NCBI GenBank assembly: GCA_052168235.1
Contig: JBQLZK010000046.1
Span: 1-60,956 of the forward strand
DNA: 60,956 nt
Source of the DNA: Thainema sp.
GTDB taxonomy: Bacteria; Cyanobacteriota; Cyanobacteriia; Phormidesmidales; Phormidesmidaceae
Direction of reading: 5' to 3'
The translations under genes and the position numbers were made by a program. The notes under the pieces are model-generated. The model was not told where the DNA came from and searched no databases. It saw nothing but the letters and a program-made list of their open reading frames with translations. Position 1 is the first letter of the stretch. Each line of letters starts with the position of its first letter. This document shows positions 59,585 to 60,956 of the stretch, one piece after another.

Positions 59585-60487
59585 TTATAAATTCAACCAG
59601 GTTTTGGGCGTCATGCCAGTTAAGCGCTTGAAATGACGATTGAGATGACTTTGGTGGGTAAACCCACAGGCTAAAGCTATCTCTGCCAGCGTCATGGAAT
59701 TCTGCTGGACCAGGCGCTTCGCCCGTTCTACCCGCTGTCGGGTAAGGTACTTATGCGGACTCAAGCCAGTTGAGCGCTTGAACGCACGACAGAAATAATA
59801 TTGGCTCAATTGTGCGATCGCAGCTAATTCCTGCAAACCCAGATCCTGCTCCAAATTATCGTTGATATAGTCCGTCACCAGCTTCAGCTTATGTTGCGAT
59901 AAACCTCCCTTGCAGTCTGACGTGCGATCGCGAACAGTTGAATAGTTGCGTAAAAGATGGACGGCTAGGGCGTTAGCCAGCGTTTCGGCATAAATGCGGT
60001 CAGAGCTAGCTTGCCGTTGCAAATCTGCCTGTAGAGCGCGCCCAATCTGATAAATTACTTTATCTCGAATGTTTAAGCTGGGCAGTAGCTCGATGCGATC
60101 GCACCTTAGTAACTCTGTAGCTTGTGAATGCAGCAACTCTGGCTTCAAGTTGAGGCTGAGTACCTGAGCATGGGTATTCAACTCAAGGAAATGAGAACGA
60201 TGAATCGGGCAAATTGATGCCGATCCTGACGAAAACGTAGACTCTTCACACTTGTTGTCAGTAATGCGTCTGAATTGACCACCTTCGGTTGGCCCCAACG
60301 CAATACTCACGACATAGTGATCTAAACAATATTCGGGTGTTGCGCCTGGCGGAATATTGAAAGTTTCTAAAGTGATGCTTCGCCAATCGGCATCATAGCT
60401 AGCAGTATCAGGTTCAAGGTCAATCAGTTCCGCTAGTCGTTTTGATTCATCAGAACCATTAATTTGCGATCGCGATAGAGTCATCAC
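59585..60487 (-). CDS. AraC-family transcriptional regulator
   Basis: SQYYFCRAFKRSTG.SPH...GFTHQSHLNRHFKRLTG.TP. Confidence 0.95.
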   Translation of the reverse strand: MMTLSRSQINGSDESKRLAELIDLEPDTASYDADWRSITLETFNIPPGATPEYCLDHYVVSIALGPTEGGQFRRITDNKCEESTFSSGSASICPIHRSHFLELNTHAQVLSLNLKPELLHSQATELLRCDRIELLPSLNIRDKVIYQIGRALQADLQRQASSDRIYAETLANALAVHLLRNYSTVRDRTSDCKGGLSQHKLKLVTDYINDNLEQDLGLQELAAIAQLSQYYFCRAFKRSTGLSPHKYLTRQRVERAKRLVQQNSMTLAEIALACGFTHQSHLNRHFKRLTGMTPKTWLNL

Positions 60488-60590
60488 TCAATCTCCTGGT
60501 CAATATCGCTTTCAGGTCGCACACATCAATCCTCTTACAGGATTTACCCAAAGCAATCAGACCGTTTTACGCAACGTTTTATTAACTTAT

Positions 60591-60626
60591 CAAAATCTCT
60601 GCCTAAACAGCAAATCTGTGCAAGAC
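60591..60626 (+). promoter_or_regulatory. Tandem boxes upstream of precursor C (putative AraC sites)
   Basis: AAATCTCTGC and AAATCTGTGC 19 bp apart; GCAAATCTGTGCAAGA fits the RCAA-N7-CAARA pattern of 58603-58668. Confidence 0.45.
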
Positions 60627-60709
60627 AGGCCAACGTATCTTCAATAGCCTATTGGTATGCCTATTAATGAATCTAGCCTATTTCACTATCTTTGAGTGGA
60701 GCTAAACAG

Positions 60710-60859
60710 ATGAAATGCCAGCCTTCCAAATCAGCTAATTCAAAATCTAAAAAGAATAAACTTTGCCCTGAAGATCAACTATGGCAACCCCTAGATACTG
60801 ATCAGTCAGAATCTATTTCCGGTGGATTGGTTCTGCTGTTTGCGAATCCTTTTGCCTGA
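60710..60859 (+). CDS. Double-glycine-type precursor peptide C (49 aa; not in the ORF track)
   Basis: Manual translation: MKCQPSKSANSKSKKNKLCPEDQLWQPLDTDQSESISGG-LVLLFANPFA*. GGAG RBS; followed by an AATATGTAG...CTACATATT hairpin. Confidence 0.7.
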   Translation: MKCQPSKSANSKSKKNKLCPEDQLWQPLDTDQSESISGGLVLLFANPFA

Positions 60860-60956
60860 GAATCTACAGTCAATATGTAGGTTGGGTTGAATTCGGCTAC
60901 ATATTATAGCGATTCCTGAATGGGCAAGGTACGATCAATGTAGAGGAAAAGCCACA

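Overview
Chromosomal window of a cyanobacterium; the HIP1 octamer GCGATCGC occurs throughout. From left to right it holds: a C-terminally interrupted dynamin-like GTPase; a BrnT/BrnA toxin-antitoxin module between 69-bp direct repeats, next to a NACHT N-terminal remnant; and a block of small stress genes (CP12, two YidH, CsbD/YqjD-like, holin-like). Next come a DUF2231-DUF2231-ctaCDE (CuA-less, ARTO-type)-GMC operon, a D27-like carotenoid isomerase, an acyltransferase, a DUF928/CHASE2-GGDEF-EAL/CHAT operon, dacB, an orphan GspE/PilB and phoX. These are followed by a Cu P1B-ATPase with a MerR-type promoter, a cyanobacteriochrome-like histidine kinase, a TPR/coiled-coil secreted protein and a Ser/Thr kinase-AAA-GAF-GGDEF-EAL protein. 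Many MITE/REP-like hairpins fill the intergenic regions. The best candidate for an undescribed system is at the right end (55830-60859): two tandem AraC regulators flanked by three double-glycine-leader peptide genes, one of which (60710-60859) is missing from the ORF track. Similar tandem boxes precede both peptide transcription units, and a C39-peptidase ABC exporter is present with no clear tailoring enzyme, suggesting a peptide signalling or bacteriocin circuit. All family names come from motif recognition by eye; no database searches were run.
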